Below are positions 12,337-23,193 of a stretch of 64,000 nt of DNA, one piece after another. The notes under the pieces are model-generated. The model made no database searches. It saw only the letters and a list, made by a program, of their open reading frames with translations, and was not told where the DNA came from. Both the position numbers and the translations under genes were made by a program. Origin of the DNA: the human T2T-CHM13v2.0 reference genome, Homo sapiens; NCBI RefSeq assembly GCF_009914755.1, contig NC_060926.1. One strand, given 5' to 3'. The number at the start of each line of letters is the position of its first letter. Position 1 is the first letter of the stretch.

Positions 12337-13609
12337 TTTTTTTAACTTTATTAAAATACTGAGTTTTATTTCACATGTATATTTTTGTCTCCCCACCATT
12401 TCCGTGTCTGACCACCACTACCACTATGTCCTACCATAACATTCCATACATACTTAAAACCAAGCAAAGGGTGGAGTTCCATCTTTAAAAACTAAACAGG
12501 CATTTTGGACAACACATTCTTGGCCATGGAACCTGGACAACATTTATCAAACATGGCAGGGAAAGCTGTCACTCTCCATTATAAAAAGGACAGCCAGACA
12601 TCAGCTCTTACAGAAATGAAATAAGACAGAAAATTTTTAACAAATTGTTTAAACTATTTTCTTAAAGAGACTTCCTCCACTGCCAGAGATCTTGAATAGC
12701 CTCCTGGTCAGTTATCCAGAAGCCATTATTCACGTAATTGATGAACTTGGATTCCACTTTGGGAAGAGAACCACCTTTTTCTATACTTGCTTGCATTTTT
12801 ACTTTAATGTCTTCTACAGAACTAGGTCTTTGTGGTGTTTTAGGAGTTTTTTCCTGTTTTTGAAAGATTCTTGTCCTTTTGATCTTGGTGTTGATGGTTT
12901 TGAGTCTTTTCCATTCTGATTTGACTTTTGTGCACTTTTGGCTAGAGTATCTCATATAGATTTCTTTACTGGCACCTTTTCTTCAGTTTCCTCATCATCA
13001 AAATTATCATTGTCATCATCATCATCATCTTCATCAGCAGCAAGTTTTACTTGTTTCCATGGAAACTTGCTACCACCCCCTGGGGCAGATTGCTTTCCAG
13101 ATATACTTAAGAGTTTCACATCCTCCTCCTCTTCATCTCCTGACTCTGCCTCTTCCTCCACAGCTACTAAGTGCTGTCCACTAATATGTACTGGTCCTGA
13201 GCCACACTTCAACCATAAGACGACTGGTGGTGTTATTTCAAAGCCCCCAAGGGAAACCATTGCTGTACAGACATTTTCAAAGTTACCAGTGTTACTTTAA
13301 TTGGACTGCCTTTGTAATTCATTGCCTCTGCTTCAACAGTGTGCAATTCATCCTTTGCACCAACCACTAAACTGACTGTTTTTAAAGATAACTTGAGCTC
13401 ATTTTCATCATTATCTACCTTAAGGTGATCATCTTTGTTGGCCTTTAGTTCACAACTGAAAAGGTAATTCTGGGGCCTCAGGGTGCTCGTGTCCATGTCC
13501 ATCGAATCTTCCATGAGGTGGTGGCATGTACTTAGGTGGGAGAGAAGGCGGATGGAGATAAATGACTACTGCTCAAGAGAACAGTCACTCAGGACAGAAT
13601 CACACCAGA
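12337..13609 (-). pseudogene. NPM1P: Processed pseudogene of nucleophosmin (NPM1/B23), near full length with 5' and 3' UTR
   Basis: Three overlapping - strand ORFs translate as NPM1 pieces (MEDSMDMD..., [13 protein letters not shown]..., ...[12 protein letters not shown]). Intronless; start codon at 13514, stop at 12662; 1-bp frameshifts near 13261 and 12858; TGA at 12952-12954 where NPM1 has CGA; NPM1 UTRs; short poly(A); TSD ggtccttctat at 12327-12337 and 13610-13620. Pseudogene number not determined. Confidence 0.98.
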
Positions 13610-15574
13610 GGTCCTTCTATGTTAAAGAGCAGGTAAGCTCCCGCAGTGTCGCACAGCCTTGCCAACCAGAGATCTGGCAAAAAGCCCCTAATGGTGCGAC
13701 TTTGTCACAGATATAATTAGCACGAGTACCTCAAAAAGCCTTCTGGGTGACCTTCCTAGCTTCCCCCAACTGAAAGCAAGTGTGCTGTCAAAGAACTGGG
13801 CTCTTAGGGTGAGAAACCAGCTTTTGGATAATTCCACCTATGCTGGCCTGTGTACTCTGAGCATCCCTGACCTTCATCTCCAGAAAGTGTTGTTATTTTT
13901 GACCATCTTGATTAATCCTGTGACCTGACGGAGCTTCCAGGCTCATTTAAGTTCCCTGTGTGAAGCTGGCTTAACAAGAGATCCCAGGGTTTTACCTCCC
14001 CCGCTGAGAAGCCCCTCTGCTTAGTTAGATCCAGGTGGGGTCTGAAAAGTTCCTGCTCTATGGCCAGGTTATGTGTTTAAAGTCCCCTGTGATTAGGATG
14101 CCATCAAATATTCCCATGTGGGACTGACCGAAGTGGTGATTTGAATGCTTTATTTCTATGCCATTCTGCGAAGTAAGAATAGAAATCTCATTATTTATAC
14201 AAGTTATATTCTTACTTTTACATACTGAAGACTTGGCCTAAAGTATTATATTTTAATGTTAAAAAAAGTCAACAAGAACTTATCAACCTCTCATTCATGA
14301 AAAAAAAATACTGGAAAATGTCTGTCCTCATTGAGGAATAATCTGTTGTATAGTTAAAGTCAATTTGAATTTAAGGAGAAATATGAAATTGCCCAAACAC
14401 ACAACACACACATACACACATATCCCACCATCAACACACATAAAACCTCGCAACATTTCTCTTACTCTCTGACGTCTGTATGCCAAACGAATGTTCCTCA
14501 GATGCTTCCATATGTCCCAAAATATGTGCCTTCCTTATTTCATTATGGCAGGTTAATAGATATGGCAGGTTCAATTAATTATGACTTAAAACTTTCCACA
14601 GTTTTAAGTTTCAAGTATTTTATTCCACAGGAAGAAAAATACAACTTTCAAGTACAATACTTCTAACAATATGACTGATTTTTTTTCTCGAAAAAAAAAA
14701 TCTGTCAAAACATGACATGTCAGATTCAGCTTCCTTCCACCAACATATCACAATCTGTTTTGATGGAAAAGGGATATATTTTAATTATTTGTTTTTAATC
14801 TGACTCCAGACTTGACATATGGCACCTCATTAAGTTCTCTCTACATATTCTGGTAAAAACAAAAACAAGCTGTACAAAGTTATTCAACTTCTGGCATAAA
14901 AGTTATTTTTAAGAACTTCTATTGCTTCTTAGGAGGTTAAACAATTCCAGAAAAAATATCCTTTAAGAGCCTGGAGTGACATCCGTTTTGAGAGGCTTGC
15001 CGGGAATCAATCACAGCAGACATTAGCTGCAGGCTAAATGTGCTCCTTGAGTGGCGGGTGTGCACAGAGATAGGTGCTGACGGCCCCTCCATGAGCTTGT
15101 TCCTCCCTGAAATGAACAGATATTGCCCACGCTGGGAAAAAAAGCATATATTATCTTCGAACTATGGATATTTTCAAACTGTGGATAAAGTCCTTTATGC
15201 CTCAACTCTGCCTCCGAAAAGGAAGATAACAGACGATTCATTTTTGTTCAGCTTTATGCTACAACACTTTATGAATGTCTCCTCTCCTATAGCACAAAGA
15301 AACAATTCTAAGTATCTGTTTTATCTGTTGGAGACTAATCTAACAGAACTATCAATTAACCAGAACTTCTTATTTTGTCTTGCATTCTACATTAAAAAAT
15401 AACTTAAAAAAATCCTCATTCAAGATTTTAAAATGTTTTAAAAATCCTTTCAAATAACAACAAAAAGGGACATTCAGAGGACATGCTGATGCCAATACAG
15501 TTTCAATCTACTAATTTGGATTATAATTATCTATGCACCTGAAAATGATCAGTAATGTTTAGAAACTTTTTTAT

Positions 15575-16102
15575 TTATTTACATTTATACAATAAATACT
15601 GAGTACAAACTTTTTTACTGAGCTTAAGAATTTTAAAAACTAGGAAGATGAGACACAATCCCTGTTCTGAAGCAGTTCATCGTGCTAAAGAGAAGAATGT
15701 TGTTGACCACAAAAAAAGGGAATGAAAACTGAGATATTAGCCAGAGTCTTCTGTAACAAAGTTTGGATATAAGACCATTTAGGGATGAAGCGGGTGAGGA
15801 CATGTCACCAGGGTTTCTAAGGCAGTCACTCTAATTGAGACAAAGTCCTACTCTGTGTTCTATCTTGTCCTCAGAAGCCGATGGGACATGGACTCCTTCC
15901 TCTAGGGTCTCTCTTGCCAGATTTTAATCTCTGTTCATGCACCTCCTCAAAGATCTGATGGTGTATTAACTGCATTTGAAAAAAGATGTTCAAGAGAGAT
16001 TTGGTGAGTGCCTACTATGTACTAGACATAGTCGCAGGAAGTAATGATGCATTGATGAACAAACAACTTCTCACTACCCTAAATCTCACATTCTGGAGGG
16101 AA
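15575..16102 (-). mobile_element. Two short L2 3'-end fragments (about 15575-15690 and 15995-16102)
   Basis: aataaatactgagtac...agacacaatccctgttctgaagcagttca; tgagtgcctactatgtactagacat...ctcacattctgg. Confidence 0.55.
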
Positions 16103-17014
16103 GTATTATGCCACTGTGATTAAAAACAATTCAGTGTGTGTTTATGTGTCAGTGTGATTGAATGCATGCTTTTGCATTGGGTTAGCTTAATCTATATTCT
16201 AGGTATTCATAGCCCAGTGCTGGTGATCAGCTGTCATTTACTCTGTCTAATTTTTAGAGAAGGCTATTATAAGTTCTTTCAACTATGTGTATCTCTCATC
16301 AATTCCAGAAGCTTCACTAATTAGTATAATACATATTAGATTTTCATCAATGAAAATAGTGGCTTGTTTGATGCTAGAAATTAGCTCTAATAGGTAAAAT
16401 GATTCAGTTATGTGGATTAGCAGAAATATTTTCATGGACTTTTTATATGCATTAATGGGATATAAAAATCTAATGAACCCAGTAGCTTATAACCTTGGGG
16501 TTGATGCCTAAGCCTTTACTTGGTTAAAACCAACTAAATGTGATATATTTGTATTTTGAGATTTTTTATATGGATTAACTAAATTTGAAGTTTAAATTTG
16601 AAGGATAGGATGTAAAGATAAATAAATACAGGTGGAGAGATAAGCAGAGAAATAGAATCAAGGTACACAAGGAAGGAGGGGTGATGAGTATACCAGATGA
16701 TCTTAAGTATTAGAGCAATAAACTTTCTTTTTGAATTAGAGGAGCCAATGAGAAATGCAAATGCTGTGTTAAGTAGATGTGCAAGTTTTCAGCAGAACAG
16801 AACATTAACTGTCAAGAGCTGTGTGTTTTGCAAAATGTGTTTCTCATTGAAGAAGTTAATCCCACTCATTCTCAAGGGACAACCAGAGACTATAATCTCA
16901 GGGCAGCTAAAGACGAAATCCTTTAGGGGTAGCATAGAATGCCAAGAAAATTGCTGGAGTTACGTTTTAGGCTCAGGAACACATTTTCAATAAATTGAGT
17001 GGCTCCACTGAAAC

Positions 17015-17522
17015 TGTTACAGTGGGTAGCTAGTCAGGTATGAGCAGGGCAGGAGAGGGCTCCTCCTGCCCGACACATACCAGGAGTATCCAGGGTCCAT
17101 CAGGTGATGGGCAGGTGGTTGTTAACTGTCTCTCTAAAGTAATGACTGGTCACAGCTGGCACCAGAGAAAGCCAGTCTCCTAATAGATAGAAAACACCTG
17201 AAACTGGTGATCAGCAGCTTCCCAAGGAGTTGGGCAAGTCAGGAGAAGCAGCGCAAGACCCTGGAAGTGAGCCAGCCTACAAAACCCCAAGTCAAAAGGT
17301 CAAACCATGCACTTGGCTTTCAAGATGCCCGCTTGGCCCTCTTCCAAGTGTACTTTTCTTCCTTTTGTTCCTGTTCTAAAGCTTTTTAATAAACTTTCAC
17401 TCCTGCTCTAAAGCCTGCCTTGGTTTCTCCTTCTGCCTTATGCACTCAAATTCTTTCTTCTGAGGAGGCAGGAATTCAGGTTGCTACAGAACCGTAAGGA
17501 TATAGATTCGCCACCAGTAACA
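17015..17522 (+). mobile_element. ERV1 solo LTR (MER50-like), apparently internally deleted
   Basis: Inverted termini tgttac...gtaaca; near 4-bp TSD aaac/gaac; tagctagtcaggtatgagcagggcaggagaggg start; aataaa poly(A) signal near 17388. Confidence 0.8.
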
Positions 17523-19553
17523 GAACTGTCCCCTGGGAGGCTGGAGAGCCCCAGGACTACACATATCAGCAGTTGATGTAAATCCAGGGTACAAATTACC
17601 TTGAGAGTTACTCTATATTTACAGTGTCATCCAGGCCACAAAGAGTGCGATCTATGCATGGCTATGGAGTTCTCGACAACTCGAACCAGAATGCCTTCAC
17701 GTGGAAAAGATCTGAACCGTGCGACACCGTCAGCTTCTCCGGCCTCTCAGTTGGAACTTGAGGCAAAAGAAGGCAGAAAAAGTTCCTTGAAAAGTAACCT
17801 GAAGATGACCTTGTCCCAGAATCTCTGCTTCAGTAACAGAGAGCAAGGGTAGCTTCCAAGCATGCTCAGATGGCAACGAGCTGAAACAGCAGCAGTTCTC
17901 TCAGGATGTTCTCAGCCAGAATTCTCTGCTTTTCCTTCTGGGCCAGCAAAGCATTGACTACAGAAAAATTTCTTTTTCATATGGTGTTTTTTTTTTTCTA
18001 AAATGAACTAATAATAAGAAAATAAAATAAACACCAAAGAAAGTATCAGTACGAATATAAGATACTCTTATGCTGACTGATGAAACTGCTAATGGAGCTG
18101 TCTCCCTTAAAAGACAATTGTCACAAAAGCAGATCACAATTTGAGTGCCCGTGACTACCAAACAGCAGGAGGAAGAGCAGGCTGCAAATTCCTGGCACCT
18201 TTACGGAACAAAGCTGAATTGTTTGGCTTAGGCAAACAAGTTTATGCTTGGTTATAAAGCAGATATTTATCTTTTAATCAAATTTTAAAGTAACAAATAC
18301 CTAAGAACAATTAGAAATAAAACTTCGTAGACTATATTCCTCAGTTGGCAAAATATTATGCTGGAAATTTAAAGCAAAATAATAGATGTCTTGCAAATTG
18401 TTAGACACCAGAATTAGAAACCATGAAGTCTTGGACAGTGACTTTCCAGATCAGATTATTCAATCTTGGGATTTGATGCAATGCCTCAAACTAGAGTCAA
18501 CAGGAGGTTTACAGTCCAAGGCAATGCAATCTTTCTCAAAATACAACTTATTTCATGCTATCTGTGGGGTTGTAGTGCTGAAGGCTTGGTAGAGGGCAGG
18601 TTTCAAAGTAAAAATTTCTCATTTTTCCATTCAATGGTAAATTCTGTCAACATACATAGCAATTTCAACACATATCTGAACTATGCCCTTAATGTTCAGG
18701 GTTTTGTCCAGATTTTCAAAATAAACATCACTCATAAAATAGACTTTGTTCTGGTTTGGTAAGACTAAAATGTATACATTATATAGTTCTTTTGTTTCTT
18801 CTAGCCCTCTGATATGTAAGAACAAAGATACATTTATATAAAAGTTGATAAAATTTTAGGCAGCCTAAACTCTATTTTTAAGTAAGAAAAAGATAATAAA
18901 AATACTATATTTTTTCTCACAATAAAGTTCAAGGAAAAGCTGAGAAAGATGATTCAGAGAAGAGGCTTTTAAATCTTTCATTTATCAAAAAGTATTTTAG
19001 AAATCCCTAAAATGATCTAAGAATAGCAAAATTGTTTCATGAGACATAAATATATTTCCCCACGATTTTAGATTTTCTCTGACACCTGAATATGCACTCA
19101 TACTTCTTGAATGATACTGAGCAGACAACACAGCCTGCTAATATAACAATCAACAAAATATCATCAGTCCTGGACAGGTCTGCGCAAATATCAAAAGTAA
19201 ATTCCTTTTGTTCAAAATAAAAGCCATTGGGAGAAAATAAAGTTTTGTGGAGCAAAAAAGATTCTCCCTTAGATAAGATGATGTGGCGTATATAAATTAA
19301 ACACTCAGCTGACACACAAAAAATTTATCCTTTTACTTAAAATAATTTCAGCCCAATATGTTTTAGGAGCTCTAAGCAAAAGCTAAAATATTAGTTGCTT
19401 ATTATAAAACAAATAAACTAAACTAAAGATGATTATGTATCTTTCTCTGAGTTAAAGTGTTCTCATTGAAATATCATGATAGTATCTTGGAAACATAAGT
19501 AATTTAAAGAAATTACTATCAAACAATGTAAAAATCAAAAACTGATAATAGAA

Positions 19554-19674
19554 CTCATATACCTTCCTTTCTCATTCATGTCAGGAATTGGCTTGCATTT
19601 TAATTTTAATTCCCCTCATATACCTTCCTTTCTCATTCATGTCAGGAATTGGCTTGCATTTTAATTTTAATTCC
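19554..19674. repeat. 61-bp tandem duplication (2 copies)
   Basis: ctcatataccttcctttctcattcatgtcaggaattggcttgcattttaattttaattcc starts at 19554 and again at 19615. Confidence 0.97.
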
Positions 19675-19929
19675 TCTCCCCAAATCCCTCATATCTTTGC
19701 ATTCATTACAATATTTTAAGAAAAATGATATTTGTCTAACATTTTACTTTTTTACATGTAAATTATCTTTTCAACACTCAAAAACCTTGGGATAGAAATT
19801 AATATATAATCCCTATTTTATGAATAAAGAAACTGAAGTTGAGGAAGGTGAATGATATCTTTTAGAGTTTCAGAACATCATTTCCACAAAAAGAATCTAT
19901 TCCTTTGTAGAAAACACTTATAAAAAAGA

Positions 19930-20393
19930 GGATTCTTAAATGCGTTATAATAAAGTGAAATCAGTCAATCTGAACAAACTATGTATGATTCCAACTATGT
20001 GACATTCTGGAAAGGGCAAAATTATGCATCAGTAAAAACATCAGCAGTTGTCAGGGGTGGGGATGGGCAGAGATGAATAGATGGCACATAGAGGATTCTT
20101 ATGGCAGTGAAACTATTCTGTATGATACTATAATAGTGGATAGATTTGATTATGCATTTGTCAAAACCCATAGAACTGTGCCACACCAAGAGTGAACACT
20201 GGTGTCAACTATGGACTTTTGTTAATAAGAATATGCCAATATTGGCTCATCAATTATAAAACGCAGTGCACCAATGCAAGATGCAAATAGGGGAAACTGT
20301 GTATGTTGGGAAGGGGATGCGGGAACAATGTAATACTCTTCAATTTTTCTATAAACCCAAAACTGTTCTAAAAATAAGTTTACATTAAAAAAA
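19930..20393 (+). mobile_element. L1MC-like 3' UTR
   Basis: tatgattccaactatgtgacattctggaaagggcaaaa, cagtgaaactattctgtatgatactataat, tttgtcaaaacccatagaactgt, A-rich end. Confidence 0.85.
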
Positions 20394-20767
20394 TTCAAAA
20401 TCACACCCATGTGCCCTTTTTCCACTTGAAGATATTCCAATGTCATTTCAAGATATGAGTTTCAGAAAGTGATGCTTGCTAACCTTTAAAATCAGGCAGC
20501 CCTACTTGTGATCAGGTTCAGGTTAGTCCATAACAACTACTCCGCACCGGGTCTGCACCCAATACTCACCCATTATGTTCCACCCCAAATGAGCTCCTCT
20601 GAATACAGGTTTCCATATTTCCAGAGTATAATAACAGTTAAAGAGGGAAACAGGTTCAATAGCAGAAAAGAGAAAGTTGTTTTAGTCTAACAATGAAAAA
20701 AAGTGGATAATCTAAAAAATCATAATAAATAAATAAATAATCATAATTTTTTGAGACTATCCACACG

Positions 20768-20880
20768 ATTGCAACTGTCAGACTATTGCGACTATGCAAC
20801 TATCAGCACTATTGCAACTATCAGCACTGTTGCAACTATCAGCACTATTGCAACTATCAGACTACTGAAACTATGAAGCT
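20768..20880. repeat. 18-bp minisatellite (attgcaactatcagcact)n, about 6 partly degenerate copies
   Basis: Unit directly visible; central copies near-identical, outer copies degenerate. Confidence 0.9.
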
Positions 20881-23028
20881 GCAAGGTGCCCATGTGACCT
20901 GAGTTTCCTCTGAGGAGCATGGGGCACACAAATGGTTCCATCTGGGAGCACTCCAGGAAAAGAGTCCCCCTGAAGGCCCAGGGCCAACATTACTGGCAGG
21001 TTGGAATCCCTGTGAGCCCTAGACACCAGGTACCTGCCCCCATAACCCCTACAGCTGGCTTTTCCCCACGGGCAGCTCAGGTGCTCACAAGAAGGGTTGC
21101 AGGCAGCACTGCAGGCCCCAAAGGTCCCTCTCCACTTCAGTGACACGGTTGTGCAGGGACTGCCTAGTTTTGAGGGTAACACAGGAGTCCATGGGAAACT
21201 TATGCGCATTTAGGCACAGACAGAAAACTTGCCTGCAGCCCGGGCCCTTCTTAACGTGGGGCAAATGCCATCTGCTCCTGAGGGAAGGGTGGAAACACAC
21301 CTGTCCAGATAACAGAAAACGGTTTTCTACCACTGAGGAAAGGTAAAAAAACACCTCTCTCCCTGCATAACACTAGGCAGAAATCTCACTCCTCCCCAAG
21401 AGTCCGCACTGATACAGTGAACCTCGGAGTTGGCTGTGGGGGCAGGGATGGAGACACCACACACCCAGCTACCAAGCAGAGTGTGCTGTCACCTGTGGGC
21501 AGGGCGAGGATGTGTGCAGGACACAGGCCTGCTTTCCAGACTATGCAGAGTGATTTCCCTGGGGGAGGAAAGGATGCTAAGAAAGTTGTTTTCCTGAAGC
21601 TCAGACACATGGGGCCTGCCTAAGCCTAAGTCTGGAGTCGAGAAAACACACGCTTTGCTCTCAATAACAGCAGCCGCCCCTTCCACTGGGTAGCAGGAAA
21701 CCAGCCGCTGAGAAGGGCATGTGGTCTGAGACAGCAGTACACTGACAGTAAAGGTGGATGACTGAACGTGTTCTCTGGCACTCCAGGTCCCAGACTAAGT
21801 TCAGGCCAGTGGCAGGCTACTACTGAAGGGATGTGAAGGCTACAGTACACCCAAGGTAACTTCGGAAACAACAAAACAGGTAGGGCTCAAGTGCAGACTA
21901 CGTGGACTCAACACACCATAGTTAAGAGCCTGGCAGAAAAAAACCAGTCAGGTCCATAAGTAAATATTCTGTTTTTACAGAGACCGATTTCTATACCCAG
22001 CATACATATCTTTCATGAATAAAGGTGAATAAAGCCTTTCTCACGCAAATAAAAGCTGAGAGAATTCGGGAGGCAAAAGAAAAATGATATCAGTGGAAAT
22101 TAAAATATACACAAAGGAATGCAAGAGCTATGATTTGTAACTATAAGCTACCTATATGAGACATGTTTCCCATTTTAATCATATCAAAGTTAATTAAAGC
22201 ATTTAAATAAAAATAATGCAAAGAGTTGTGGGCTTGATGACATATGTAAGAACAAAATATATGACGATAGTACGAAGGATAGGAGGAGAGAGAAAAAAGT
22301 TGCTAGGATTGTATATTACATGTGCTGTGGTTTAATATTATTTAAAGGTCATCTGTATTAAGAATAATGTGAATGTTGCAAACCTCAGAGAAATCAGAGA
22401 AATAAATAAATAATAAAAAGGATGAGGCCAATCAGCCAAAAGTAGAGATAAAATGGAAACATAAAAACATAATTATTTCAAACTAAGGAAATGGGAAAAA
22501 TACAGAAAAAAAAAACCAGATGGCACCAATAGGAGAAGACAAATTAGATGTCAAATTTTAATAAAAGTATATTAATAATTATGTAAGATATTAGTCTCTT
22601 GAAAGATAAAATTAAAGGTCAAGATGTTTATATTGGATGAAAAGCAAAGACCAACTGTGTGCTGTCTACATGTAGCACACGTTAAAAATAAGTAGAGGGA
22701 ACAGTAGATTGTGGAAACACAATTCCAAAAGAAGCTGGATTAGCTATATAAATATTGGATGAAGTAGATTTTAAAATAAGTGATATTACCAGGAATAATG
22801 AGAAACATTGCATGATAATTAAGGGTCACTTCATCAAGAATTAAAAAAAACTTTTAAATATATAACAGAGCTTCCAATGATATCAAGCAAAACCCAAGAA
22901 AACAGAACTTTTTTTCAAATATCATAAATATTGTTTGAAATTAAAACACTTCTTTCTCTCTCCATCATTGATGGGATGAATACAGAAAATTAGTAAATAT
23001 ATAGAAAATTTGAACAATACTATTAAAC

Positions 23029-23193
23029 TTTTTTTAATTTTGGACGCAGGGTCTTGCTCTGTTGCCGGAACTGGCACTGGAATGTAGTGATCCAACAACT
23101 GCTCACTACAGCCTGGAACTCCTGGGCGAAAGCTTTCCTCCCACTTCAGCCTCCCAAAGTTCTGGAATTATAGGAATGAGCTACTCTGGCCAG
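23029..23193 (-). mobile_element. Alu monomer (FRAM/FAM-like)
   Basis: Single arm: agggtcttgctctgttgcc...ctcactacagcctggaactcctgggc...cctcccaaagt...tgagctact. Confidence 0.8.

Noticed and set aside
12692-13300. + strand ORFs including a Ser-rich 120-aa frame
   Set aside because: Antisense shadows of the NPM1 pseudogene; poly-Ser is the reverse of GAT/GAA repeats
12662-13514. Functional NPM1 gene or retrogene
   Set aside because: Two frameshifts and an in-frame TGA split the coding sequence into three ORFs; no introns
20768-20880. CRISPR-like array
   Set aside because: Units are head-to-tail with no unique spacers, no cas genes, primate context
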